A stretch of 64,000 nucleotides of DNA from an uncultured Planctomycetia bacterium (lineage in GTDB: Bacteria; Omnitrophota; Gorgyraeia; VGKH01; JBHPFN01): positions 7,412 to 71,411 of the forward strand of contig CAYOSQ010000001.1 in NCBI GenBank assembly GCA_964406665.1, in the 5' to 3' direction. The notes under the pieces are model-generated. The model had not been told where the DNA came from and ran no database searches. It was given only the letters and a program-made list of their open reading frames with translations. Positions within the stretch are counted from its first letter, which is position 1; every line of letters begins with the position of its first letter. Shown here in pieces: positions 18,954 through 28,706 of this stretch. Made by a program: the position numbers and the translations under genes.

Positions 18954-19295
18954 CTACTCGAAGCGCAGCTCATCATCAATCTGAGTCTGGGTTTGGGATA
19001 TTTTTTTTGCAGGTAACTCAACAACCGAATGCGCCTTAAGATAAATTCTGCTTATCTTACCGGGCGACATATCTTCTCTTAATCCAATAACTTTGTTTTT
19101 GCTATCTATAAAAACTGCATCCATATTAAAGCGCATAAAAAAGGTGTGGATAGAATTGCAGCGTCGGATAATAAGGGCTTCGTTTGCTTCTAGCGATTGC
19201 TTGCCCAGAAGACCTTTTGTCCTTGAAAAAAAAGTATCCGCAACTACTACCTTATCTGCTAATAGCGCGTTGCGGGTTTGATTGAAAATTTTCAT
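18954..19295 (-). CDS. DUF192 family protein
   Basis: ADTFFSR..GLLG, CNSIHTFFM.F..DAVF.D and VVELPA motifs; frequently found in tad loci. Confidence 0.9.
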   Translation of the reverse strand: MKIFNQTRNALLADKVVVADTFFSRTKGLLGKQSLEANEALIIRRCNSIHTFFMRFNMDAVFIDSKNKVIGLREDMSPGKISRIYLKAHSVVELPAKKISQTQTQIDDELRFE

Positions 19296-19303
19296 GAAAT
19301 AAT

Positions 19304-21457
19304 TTACGGCTTGAAAACTTCTTCAGGGATAATTATGCCACGTGTCTTAAGCTCAGCATAGAACGAAGGAATATGCCCAGTAGGCTTAAACTCACCAAGC
19401 ACCTTACCTTTTTCATCGACTCCGGTCTGATAAAAAGCGAATATATCCTTTAAGCCGATGTGCATTTCATCAAGCATCCCTGTTATCTCAGTAACCTGAA
19501 GCACTTTTCTCGAACCATCTGAAAGTCTTGCGGTATGAACTATGACATGAACAGCAGATGCAATCATTTCTCTAATTGCCCTGATGGGCAACTCGATACC
19601 AGACATAAGTATCATTGAGTCCAGACGTGTTAAAACATCATGTGTGGAGTTAGCATGAACTGTGGTCATGGATCCGTCATGGCCTGTATTCATTGCCTGA
19701 AGCATATCTAACGTTTCAATCCCGCGACATTCTCCAATGAGTATTCTATCCGGACGCATTCTCAAAGAGTTTCTAAAAAGATCTCTAATAATAACTGCAC
19801 CCTTGCCTTCAATGTTCGGCGGACGCGATTCAAGCCTTACCCAATGATCCTGGGTTAATTTTAACTCTGCTGCGTCCTCGATAGTAACAATGCGTTCACT
19901 GCTGGGAACGAAAGTGGAGAGAACATTTAATACAGTTGTTTTTCCGCTTCCCGTACCTCCGGAAACTATTATGTTCTTGCGAGAAAGTACACATGCTTTT
20001 ATAAACTCACCCATGGGGCTACTTAGTGAATCTAAATCAACAAGCTCTTCGACAGTAAAACGCTCCTTGCGAAATTTTCTAATAGTTAAGGTAGGCCCTG
20101 TTAATGCCAGCGGAGGGATGATAGCATTAACGCGTGAACCGTCAGGAAGACGTGCATCAACCATGGGAACAGACTCGTCTATTCTTCTGCCTATAGGAGC
20201 AATTATACGCTCTATGGTTGTCTTTACATGAGCATTAGAGGTAAATTTCTTTGGGGTCAACTCCAGCTTTCCTTTCCGCTCAACATAGACTTCATTCCTG
20301 TTGTTAACCATAATGTCTGTTATCTCTGAATCTGAGAGTAGCGCCTCTAAAGGACCTAGGCCTAAAGCCTCATCCAATATATCTTCCACAAGAGCACGGC
20401 GCGCTTCCCCAGAAGAAATAAATTTTCCTGATTCCTCGGCAAGCAAGTTTGAAACTAAATTACCAGCCTTTTTTCTCAACTCCTCTTTGGCTGCATCAGA
20501 AAAAGCTTTTATATCGAGCTTCTTAAGATTTAACTCTGCTATAAGACGCTTATGTATACGGGTTTTTAACATAATCATCTTATCTATTTCACTAACTACA
20601 GTAGGTGAAGCTACGGGTTCAGCCATCCCAATTTTTTGCCAAAATTTATTTATCTTACCAGACGTCTTGTCTCCTTTTTCAGCAGCGCTGAAATCTTGAT
20701 GCTCAATAAATATCGAACTGTCGCTTATAAGTTTATTCGCGAAACTATCTATAGTTTTACTTACTTTGCTGCGAGCATTAACCATGCTAACCGGTAAGCC
20801 TCTGTTTACCGCCTCCATAACAACTTTGCCCTCTGATGGAATCTGGGTAATAATTTCACTTTTTAAAGCTGCCTGTATTTCATGTAAACCAATACTACTT
20901 AAACTTTCTGATCTGTTTAAAACAACTTTGATCATATTAACCGGGATAAGCATTGATTGCAGGGTATTTATTAAAACCTTAACCTGATTAATTGAAAGCA
21001 CGTCGGGGTTTGCTACTAAAAGAACAAGGTTTGCCTCATTTAAAATGCTTAACATTAAATCAGTAAAGCCACGTCCTGCATCAACAATGATATAATCATA
21101 GTTGGGTCTTAGAATATCGAACACGGCTTTTATATGAGATGGTTCAACCTGATGGGCCTGTTGCGGCCTGGCAATACCTGACAAAAAATCCATCCCGGAA
21201 GAATGCTTTGCTACAAAATCTCCAAGAACTATATCTTTTTTTGCGGCTTTAATCTCCGTAATAATATCAAGCATCGTCTTTTTAGGAGATAGGTCTAACA
21301 TTCTTCCCATGTCCCCGACTACTTGATAATCTAAATCGGCAAGAAGGGCTCTGACGTTTCTATCCTTAGTTAATGCAGCAGCTAAATTAGCCGCGAGAAA
21401 CGTTTTACCAACGCCTCCTTTTATGCTAAGAATAACGATTGTTTTTGCCAACGCCAT
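19304..21457 (-). CDS. tadA: Fused CpaE/TadZ (MinD-like) + CpaF/TadA pilus ATPase
   Basis: N-terminal KGGVGKT deviant Walker A with DLD and IIVDAG. C-terminal GGTGSGKT, TIEDAAEL, RMRPDRI..GE.RG and AMNTGHDGS. Confidence 0.9.
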   Translation of the reverse strand: MALAKTIVILSIKGGVGKTFLAANLAAALTKDRNVRALLADLDYQVVGDMGRMLDLSPKKTMLDIITEIKAAKKDIVLGDFVAKHSSGMDFLSGIARPQQAHQVEPSHIKAVFDILRPNYDYIIVDAGRGFTDLMLSILNEANLVLLVANPDVLSINQVKVLINTLQSMLIPVNMIKVVLNRSESLSSIGLHEIQAALKSEIITQIPSEGKVVMEAVNRGLPVSMVNARSKVSKTIDSFANKLISDSSIFIEHQDFSAAEKGDKTSGKINKFWQKIGMAEPVASPTVVSEIDKMIMLKTRIHKRLIAELNLKKLDIKAFSDAAKEELRKKAGNLVSNLLAEESGKFISSGEARRALVEDILDEALGLGPLEALLSDSEITDIMVNNRNEVYVERKGKLELTPKKFTSNAHVKTTIERIIAPIGRRIDESVPMVDARLPDGSRVNAIIPPLALTGPTLTIRKFRKERFTVEELVDLDSLSSPMGEFIKACVLSRKNIIVSGGTGSGKTTVLNVLSTFVPSSERIVTIEDAAELKLTQDHWVRLESRPPNIEGKGAVIIRDLFRNSLRMRPDRILIGECRGIETLDMLQAMNTGHDGSMTTVHANSTHDVLTRLDSMILMSGIELPIRAIREMIASAVHVIVHTARLSDGSRKVLQVTEITGMLDEMHIGLKDIFAFYQTGVDEKGKVLGEFKPTGHIPSFYAELKTRGIIIPEEVFKP

Positions 21458-21471
21458 ATGTTTTTGGTAGT

Positions 21472-23097
21472 TTAATTATTGTTTCTTCGAAAAGCAATTG
21501 GAACTTCTACACGAAGCTCATCTGCCCGCAACTGATAAGGAAAGGAAGGATAAGGATCCTCATTTTTTACTACCCCTAACGCAGCCTCATCCAATACCGC
21601 GTGTCCAGAAGATTCCTGGACGACAACTTCTTGCAATGAACCATTATCTGAAATAAGCAGGCTTAACCTTACAGTGCCTGACCAGCCTAATTCTTCTGCG
21701 TCTGCAGGATAGTATGCTGCGTTTAATATTTTAGTTTGCACCATCTGAACATATTCATTAAGCAGTCGCTGAACATCTTCTTGAGAAAACTCAACTGGTT
21801 TCTCTTCTTTTGACTCTTGAGCCTGAGCTTTTTTAATTTCTGAAACTATCGTTGGAGTAAGGGTGATAAATAACTCTACATTTCCTCTTTCTCCCTGACC
21901 GCCACCCATTTTAGTTTCTTTCTTTCTGAACAATGCTCCAATAATCGGAATGTCGCCTAAGAAAGCATTCTTTCTTATATCTTCTTCTAATTTTTCCTTA
22001 ATAATTCCACCGATAGCTAATGTCTGACCATTATCCAAATAAATCTCGGTTGAAATATTACGCTTGGTTAAAGGAAAGGCTTTAGCGGATGGAGCATTGG
22101 GGTCTCCGATAGTAATCGCGTCTCCGATTTCACTTACTTCAACATTAAGCCCAACATGAATTCTACCATCATCAATTGTGGGCTGAATATTAAGTTTGAT
22201 TCCATATTCCTTATACTCGATACTAGTTGAAGAAGCTCCACCTGATTGAACAGCGGTGCTGAACATCGGCTTCTCTCCGCCTACCAACAGCTCTGCTTCT
22301 TTTCCACTTGAGCATGTCAATCTCGGACGAGAAAGAATTCTCGCCTTACCTTCCTGCTCTAAGAAATCAACTGTGGCAGTAAGTGCATTTCTTGTCCAGT
22401 CGGATACATGGAATAATGCACTAAACCCTGTTACTGCGTTTGCAGTAGGGCCAGATGCTTCCAAAACAGAAAACTGTCCCGGCAGAGTAAACCCTAACGT
22501 CTTAGTTGCATCTCTATCCAATTCAAGAACCTGAACTTCTATATCAATAACGCCTTCGTCTTTAACTTGAAGGAGATCTATAGTCTGAGGGAATAATTCA
22601 CCTAATGCCAGCTCAATTAATTCTCTTTCCTCCTCGGTGGGAACATCTCCCAAAATAAGAATTCTACCTTCTTCGTGGTTAGCCTTTGTGTAAACATTAT
22701 CAAGCTTAAGCGGTTTCAACAAATTGTCAACGCGCCTTTTGGTGTTAGTCATGTCTGCAGTTAATACTCTAATCTCAAATGAGCGTTCTCCTAATTCATC
22801 CCAGACCACCAACGTTGTAGAACCTGCCCCCTTACCAGCTATGCTAACTGCATCTTCAGATACCTTGGTAATATCTGCAATCTGCGGATTACCAATAGCT
22901 ACTCTAGTAGGAGATTTTATGGGAAGAACTTTTATCTCCCCAATATATACTATTTCTTCGTTGTTTAAATATTCTTCAAAAGATATATCCTCAGCTGAGA
23001 TGATGACAGGTGAAACAAATAATAAAGAAATTAAAAAACAGCTGATGATATTTCTTCTGAAATGTTTCATTGTGTGATTCTTATATAAGCTCTTCAT
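21472..23097 (-). CDS. cpaC: Tad secretin CpaC/RcpA with C-terminal TonB_C domain
   Basis: RVAIGNP.IAD N-domain; secretin core with LVGGE.P, EYKEYGIKL.I.P and LGDIPIIGALFR. C-terminus YP..A...G.V.L...I...G......SSG...LD.AA is TonB_C. Confidence 0.85.
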   Translation of the reverse strand: MKSLYKNHTMKHFRRNIISCFLISLLFVSPVIISAEDISFEEYLNNEEIVYIGEIKVLPIKSPTRVAIGNPQIADITKVSEDAVSIAGKGAGSTTLVVWDELGERSFEIRVLTADMTNTKRRVDNLLKPLKLDNVYTKANHEEGRILILGDVPTEEERELIELALGELFPQTIDLLQVKDEGVIDIEVQVLELDRDATKTLGFTLPGQFSVLEASGPTANAVTGFSALFHVSDWTRNALTATVDFLEQEGKARILSRPRLTCSSGKEAELLVGGEKPMFSTAVQSGGASSTSIEYKEYGIKLNIQPTIDDGRIHVGLNVEVSEIGDAITIGDPNAPSAKAFPLTKRNISTEIYLDNGQTLAIGGIIKEKLEEDIRKNAFLGDIPIIGALFRKKETKMGGGQGERGNVELFITLTPTIVSEIKKAQAQESKEEKPVEFSQEDVQRLLNEYVQMVQTKILNAAYYPADAEELGWSGTVRLSLLISDNGSLQEVVVQESSGHAVLDEAALGVVKNEDPYPSFPYQLRADELRVEVPIAFRRNNN

Positions 23098-23105
23098 TTT
23101 CCTCC

Positions 23106-24041
23106 TTATTGAGATAAGGGAACAACCTCTAATTCAAGCCCGCGAATAATCTCTACATCTTTACCTGAATAGATAGTTTCCCGAGGAGTGTCAATAATTT
23201 GTTTTGGCTTTCTCTTGGGTGCCTTACGAGGCATAATCTGATCAAGTAAAGCTTCTAAGTTAGCCGGTTCTATATCCTCAACTATTTCCTTGTCTTCGGG
23301 TGAACGCAATACCATCTGAATCTCACCTTGTTCGGTAACAAAAGCTAGCATGCTGGATTCTTGAGGAGTTAAGGCAACGGTGATAATCTTTGCTGGCTTA
23401 GTGACCTTTTTCCTCTTTTTTCCATCTTCAGCATATTTTTGAGGATCTTCATATCCTATATCTGTACCCACAGCAAGAACTAAAACATTTTGAAACACAG
23501 GATATACGAGCTCTTGCTTTTTCTTACTTTTTTTCTTGTCCTTTGTTTCTTCAACATAAGGGATAGTACATAAAATATCTACGTGGTCTCCGGGCTTTAA
23601 CATCCCACCTACAGATTGAATCTCTTTAACCTGAACTGCAATTGCTCTTTTACCTGCAGGCGTTGCCACTGATAGAGATGATGCCCTGGTTTTCCTTGGT
23701 CTTTTGGATGCTATTAACATACCTTTCAATATAGGTTCGCCTCTCTCGATATCTTTTCCGGCTGTCTTACCTACAACCTCGCCGAAAGAAGTAGCGATCC
23801 TAGGATCAAGCTGCTCTTTATAAATCATCACTACACCGAGCATCTCTGAGGTTATTGGAATCCCTGCAGAAATTTTTTGTTCAGCAACCAATATTCTTTC
23901 TTTTTGTTCCTGCAATTTCTCTGATGCCTGCCTAGCCCTTATAGCCAATGCTTGTGTTTGTTGATCAAGATAAATTTTTATCAATACAACAGCTAAAATC
24001 GCTAATACGCCACCGACTATCAAACTTATTCGTTTAGACAC
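23106..24041 (-). CDS. cpaB: Flp pilus assembly protein CpaB/RcpC
   Basis: SAF domain; GKRAIAV, VGGMLKPGDHVDI, QNVLVLAVG and VALTPQE..L.LR motifs. Confidence 0.9.
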   Translation of the reverse strand: MSKRISLIVGGVLAILAVVLIKIYLDQQTQALAIRARQASEKLQEQKERILVAEQKISAGIPITSEMLGVVMIYKEQLDPRIATSFGEVVGKTAGKDIERGEPILKGMLIASKRPRKTRASSLSVATPAGKRAIAVQVKEIQSVGGMLKPGDHVDILCTIPYVEETKDKKKSKKKQELVYPVFQNVLVLAVGTDIGYEDPQKYAEDGKKRKKVTKPAKIITVALTPQESSMLAFVTEQGEIQMVLRSPEDKEIVEDIEPANLEALLDQIMPRKAPKRKPKQIIDTPRETIYSGKDVEIIRGLELEVVPLSQ

Positions 24042-24970
24042 TATTGTATCTCCCCTTCGTAATATTCGATTTTTGCCTTGTTAGAAAGATCGGCGATAAG
24101 CTGCTCAATTGCCGCCTGCTGCTTTACAAAAGTAAGTTCTCTTTTAATATCATCCCAGATATCAGACAATTCTTTTTGAGCACCGCCGCGTTTCTCCTCA
24201 AGCTTCACTATATAATATCCTTCCGGACCTTTAAAATAATTACTTGTTTTACCAACTTCCAAAGTATCTGAAAAAGCTTCAACATCAAACTGTGGAGATT
24301 TTACTCCTCTTTGTATAAAACCCAAATCTCCGCCCTTATCTTTACTGGCTGCCTTCGAACGTTCTACGGCCAAAGCAGCAAAATCGACTCCTTGATATAT
24401 TTGAATAATAACACCCCTTGCTTCCTCCTCGGTATTAACCACTATTTCGCGCAGATGTCTTTCTTCTGGATCTTTTAACTGTTCTTTATACGTTTCATAA
24501 AAATTATTTATTTCATCATATGTTACCACTACACTCTCGGCTTCTTTTCTCACCAACTCCATAACCAGAAGATCTGCTTTGGTTTTCTCTAAAATTCTTT
24601 GTATCTCAGGATTACTATCCAGCCCTCTGCTCTGTGCTTCTTGATAAAGCAAAGAACGACGCACCATTTCATTCTTTAAATATTCAACTTTCTGCTCGGG
24701 TGTGGTAATTTTTACTTCAGGCCTGTCTTCTGGCACTAAGGCATTAAAACTATCAACCTCTTCGTTAAGATCTTCTAGTACGATGGGATAATTGTTTACT
24801 TTTGCAACAACTGTGCCGGTTACCATGGGAATCTTGACCGACTTCGTTGCAGAAGTACCCGTTTTAGGTGGGCTTAAAAACGGAATTTGTTCACAACCGA
24901 TAAAATAAAAAGATATAATAACTAAGCATACAGCTACCACTAATCCTTTTAAAGACTTAAGGTTACTCAT
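24041..24970 (-). CDS. PpiC/parvulin peptidyl-prolyl isomerase, lipoprotein (PrsA/SurA-like)
   Basis: FIGC lipobox; VAKVN, G.DFA.LA..S...SK..GGDLGF and GYYIVK motifs. Confidence 0.85.
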   Translation of the reverse strand: MSNLKSLKGLVVAVCLVIISFYFIGCEQIPFLSPPKTGTSATKSVKIPMVTGTVVAKVNNYPIVLEDLNEEVDSFNALVPEDRPEVKITTPEQKVEYLKNEMVRRSLLYQEAQSRGLDSNPEIQRILEKTKADLLVMELVRKEAESVVVTYDEINNFYETYKEQLKDPEERHLREIVVNTEEEARGVIIQIYQGVDFAALAVERSKAASKDKGGDLGFIQRGVKSPQFDVEAFSDTLEVGKTSNYFKGPEGYYIVKLEEKRGGAQKELSDIWDDIKRELTFVKQQAAIEQLIADLSNKAKIEYYEGEIQ

Positions 24971-25136
24971 ATTTATGTCCCTTTCTATATTTGAAAAAAT
25001 TATAGCAATTATTATTTTCTATTGCAAGAAAAATCTGCAAATTCTTGATAAAATAGAAAAAATAATCATTCGCTTTTGAAAAAAATAAATTAAAAATCTA
25101 CTTTTACTGCTTTTATTATCTAAACTAAATAAACCT

Positions 25137-26840
25137 TTATTCTACATTAGTCAACCACTGTATTCTTCCAATTGTAGCTCCAGAGCTTTCAGGGATAATA
25201 TCAAAATTTTCAAATTCTATTGCACCTTGTAAATATGGAATCTGGCCTGCATACTGTGGCACCTCTGAACGAATGAGAAGATTCCCCCGACTACCATCGC
25301 ATGCAAAATTAGCATCACAGTTTGAATAACACAATGATGACATCACTACACTGTCGCATAACCTATGACATTCGGATCTATATGCCAAATAGTTAGCAAT
25401 GCCTGGTCTTACGTTCAGCCAATGATAAATCTCCTGAAAATCTAAACACTCTTGCATGCACTGTCCGGGATTATCCAGAGCACAAAAATCTCTACACTCA
25501 TAATAACCGTCAACGGTTCCCAACTCTTCATTGTCTAAACATTTCCGAATACACTCTGTATCGCATTTGTCTACAGCACAACATTCTTGTACGCATCCAG
25601 ATTTTCCATATGCAAACTGATATTCTCTGGCACACCAACGCATACAATGATCAGGATCACACCTACGATGACATTCAGAATCAGGATGCTCTGGCTGTAA
25701 AATTTCTAAACAACTATTAAAACATTGATCTCTACACGCAATTCCCTTGCAATCTTTATCAATATTGCTGCACATTTTATAACAAGCAGAACCTTCCTCT
25801 AAATCACAATCGGCAACACAGCGAACCGAATCTGTAGGGTCATGTTCTTGTTGCAGGCAAAGCGTTTGACCAAGCAATGGTTCGTCATCAACTTGAAAAA
25901 AGTACTCAGGAGAATCATTAACACCGTTACCGGCAACATGGGCAAAGTGTTCAATAAATCCCGTCTGCAAATCCCAGGGAATATTATATTCCCCATAACA
26001 CGGTATACCGTCTCCGGCTACACAGGGAAATTCTCCTGTTTCGTCAAAGCCCTCGCCATCATCTACCCATTCTTCAAGCAACAATTCTGTTTTTCCCAAA
26101 GTAATATATATATCTTCACTTTTGTAAGAAAGATCCTCTCCCTCTGGGGAGTCATTTGGACCTTCAAGTTTATGATATTTAGCAGAATAACTTATATCAT
26201 ATTTTCCAGCAGGAAGACCTAAATTTGCAAAATAGATAATATTCTTACCTCCCATAAGCAGCTCCCCATCTTCTCCTATAGTTGCATCACCAACTTCAAT
26301 GTTCATAGGGGCAACATAGCTGTATTTTACTGAGCATTGTACTGTCTTTAATGTTGAGCCTCCTAATATAGGAACTGTTGCAGATGCAGTTAAAAGATAA
26401 ATGTAGTCTCCTGGGATAGGAGGTTTCCCTGCTCCAGAGCCGTAAGTGTCTACGCTGATTAATTGAGCAGTGTTTTTATTAATAGATTCAAGCTGTTCAG
26501 GTGTACATTCGAAGTGTCCGTGCCCGGTCCCACCAGTTTCCCCAGAACCTCTATCGGTTTCTGGCAAAGACCACTCAAACACTTCACCAATATCTTTCTG
26601 CTCTATGGGAAAATGCTTAGGGAATTCACCTGTGTCAAAGTAAACTTTTATCTCTTGGATTTTTTCTCTGGCAGCTGATTCTGCTAACCAGAGTGCTTGG
26701 GTGGTACCAATCTGTCTTTTAGTAGAAGATATTTCTCTTACCGAAGACATGAATACTCCGGTAATGATAGCACCGAAGAGAATACATAAACCTAAAGCAG
26801 TAATCAGAGCAAAGCTTTTTTTATTATTTGGTTTATTCAT
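25137..26840 (-). CDS. PilX-like minor pilin with cysteine-rich C-terminal domain
   Basis: KKS|FALITAL, then TM, then QALWLAES (PilX_N pattern). C-terminal half is CxxxC-rich. Confidence 0.7.
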   Translation of the reverse strand: MNKPNNKKSFALITALGLCILFGAIITGVFMSSVREISSTKRQIGTTQALWLAESAAREKIQEIKVYFDTGEFPKHFPIEQKDIGEVFEWSLPETDRGSGETGGTGHGHFECTPEQLESINKNTAQLISVDTYGSGAGKPPIPGDYIYLLTASATVPILGGSTLKTVQCSVKYSYVAPMNIEVGDATIGEDGELLMGGKNIIYFANLGLPAGKYDISYSAKYHKLEGPNDSPEGEDLSYKSEDIYITLGKTELLLEEWVDDGEGFDETGEFPCVAGDGIPCYGEYNIPWDLQTGFIEHFAHVAGNGVNDSPEYFFQVDDEPLLGQTLCLQQEHDPTDSVRCVADCDLEEGSACYKMCSNIDKDCKGIACRDQCFNSCLEILQPEHPDSECHRRCDPDHCMRWCAREYQFAYGKSGCVQECCAVDKCDTECIRKCLDNEELGTVDGYYECRDFCALDNPGQCMQECLDFQEIYHWLNVRPGIANYLAYRSECHRLCDSVVMSSLCYSNCDANFACDGSRGNLLIRSEVPQYAGQIPYLQGAIEFENFDIIPESSGATIGRIQWLTNVE

Positions 26841-26853
26841 TAATTGCCACTAT

Positions 26854-28701
26854 TTAATTTACGTTAGTCAACCATTGAATTCTTCTAACCGTAGCCCCGG
26901 ATTCTTCCGGAACAATATCAAAGCTTTCAAACTGAACAGAACCCTGTAAATAAGGTAACGCATAGTGGTATTGTGGCACCTCTGAACGAATTAAAAGATT
27001 ACCTCTAAAATCATCACATAGAAAATAAGAATCACAGTTAGAAAAACAAGTCTTTTTACTAGATAAATTTTTGCATAGCCTATGACATTCAGACATAAAG
27101 CCTGCTGCTTCGGGAATGCCAGGCCTAACATTCTCTCCATTATAGTCTCTCTGAAAATTCAAAGCGCAATCATCCACGCACTCTCCGGGATTGTCTATAG
27201 CACAAAAATCTTTGCACTCTGTATATCCCTCTATAGCTTGTTTTTGCTTAAATGCACATTGAAGCAAACAATCTTGGTCACAGGCCGTTTTGCCACAACA
27301 TAATTCTACGCACTGAGAATGTATATATGCTGTTTCATACTCAAAGGCACACCAACGCATACAATGAACCGGGTCACACCTACGGTGACATTCAGAGTTT
27401 GGATGTTCTTTCTGAAAAATTTCTACGCAACCTTTATAGCATGGTCCGCCACAACCAGAACCTTCACAATCGTCATCAAGCTGTTCGCACATTTTGCTAC
27501 ACAAAGAATCCTCTTCTAGATCACAATCATCTTGATAAAATTCAAGCCTCGAAGGATCTAAAATATCATACAGACCTAAAAAGCTTTCAACCAAAGGATC
27601 ATCATCAACTTCAAAGTGATACTGCAGATCTTCGTTAACCCCGTTATCAGCAATATGGGTAAAGTTTTCAGCAAATCCTGTTTGTAAATCCCAGGGAATA
27701 TTATATTCGCCGTAACATGACATGTCATCTCCAGCAACACAAGGAAGTTCTCCGGCTTCATCAAAACCGTCACCGTCATCTACCCACTCTTGCAGAAGAA
27801 TTTCGCTTTTACCTAATCTAATGTAAAAATTCTCTTCTTGAAAAGGGCTAACTTTTTCTGCTTCCCGTAAACTACGGCCAATATGCTGATTATATTTTGC
27901 AACATAGCTCAAATCGTATCTACCTGCAGGCAGATCTAAATCTTTATAATAAATAATATTATCGACTCCCATCTTTATACGTCCATCTTCTCCTATAGTT
28001 GCATCACCAACTTCAATATTCATAGGAGCAACATAGCTGTATTTTACTGAGCATTGTACTGTCTTTGATGTTGAGCCTCCTAATATAGGAACTGTTGCAG
28101 ATGCGGTTAAAAGATAAATGTAGTCTCCTGGAATAGGAGGATCTCCTGTTCCAGAACCATAAAGATTGACGCTGATTAATTGAGCACTGGTGGCTATGAC
28201 TGGAATATCTAGAGCATCAACAATCTTTTCAATCTTTGCCTTCTGGGAAGATGCGCTTTTTGGCTGACTAGCGCCACCAGAGGCGGGAGGCAGACCTTTT
28301 GGCTGACTAGCGCCACCAGAGGCGGGAGGCAGACCTTTTGGCTGACTACCACCTCCTGAATCAGGCTCATGTCCTGAGGGATCTTCATGACTCCCGTCTT
28401 GATCATCTGGCATAAAACCCCACTCATACTCTTTACCTATATCTTTATCAGGGTCTACGGGGAAGTGTTTAGGGAATTCACCGATGTCAAAGTATGTTTT
28501 TATCTCTTGGATTTTTTCTCTGGCAGCTGATTCTGCTAACCAGAGTGCTTGGGTGGTACCAATCTGTCTTTTAGTAGAAGATATTTCTCTTACCGAAGAC
28601 ATGAATACTCCGGTAATGATAGCACCGAAGAGAATACATAAACCTAAAGCAGTAATCAGAGCAAAGCTTTTTTTATTATTTGGTTTTTTTATTACTTTCA
28701 C
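26854..28701 (-). CDS. PilX-like minor pilin with cysteine-rich C-terminal domain (paralog)
   Basis: N-terminus identical to 25137..26840; likely GTG start at 28701, just after the upstream stop. Confidence 0.7.
   Translation of the reverse strand: MKVIKKPNNKKSFALITALGLCILFGAIITGVFMSSVREISSTKRQIGTTQALWLAESAAREKIQEIKTYFDIGEFPKHFPVDPDKDIGKEYEWGFMPDDQDGSHEDPSGHEPDSGGGSQPKGLPPASGGASQPKGLPPASGGASQPKSASSQKAKIEKIVDALDIPVIATSAQLISVNLYGSGTGDPPIPGDYIYLLTASATVPILGGSTSKTVQCSVKYSYVAPMNIEVGDATIGEDGRIKMGVDNIIYYKDLDLPAGRYDLSYVAKYNQHIGRSLREAEKVSPFQEENFYIRLGKSEILLQEWVDDGDGFDEAGELPCVAGDDMSCYGEYNIPWDLQTGFAENFTHIADNGVNEDLQYHFEVDDDPLVESFLGLYDILDPSRLEFYQDDCDLEEDSLCSKMCEQLDDDCEGSGCGGPCYKGCVEIFQKEHPNSECHRRCDPVHCMRWCAFEYETAYIHSQCVELCCGKTACDQDCLLQCAFKQKQAIEGYTECKDFCAIDNPGECVDDCALNFQRDYNGENVRPGIPEAAGFMSECHRLCKNLSSKKTCFSNCDSYFLCDDFRGNLLIRSEVPQYHYALPYLQGSVQFESFDIVPEESGATVRRIQWLTNVN
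28258..28348. repeat. 39-bp in-frame tandem repeat (2.3 copies; SQPKGLPPASGGA)
   Basis: ttttggctgactagcgccaccagaggcgggaggcagacc occurs twice, plus a partial third copy. Confidence 0.95.
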
Positions 28702-28706
28702 CCCAC

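Noticed and set aside
5228-28701. Diversity-generating retroelement acting on pilin paralogs
   Set aside because: No reverse transcriptase is present. The shared blocks are N-terminal coding constants, not adenine-specific TR/VR pairs.
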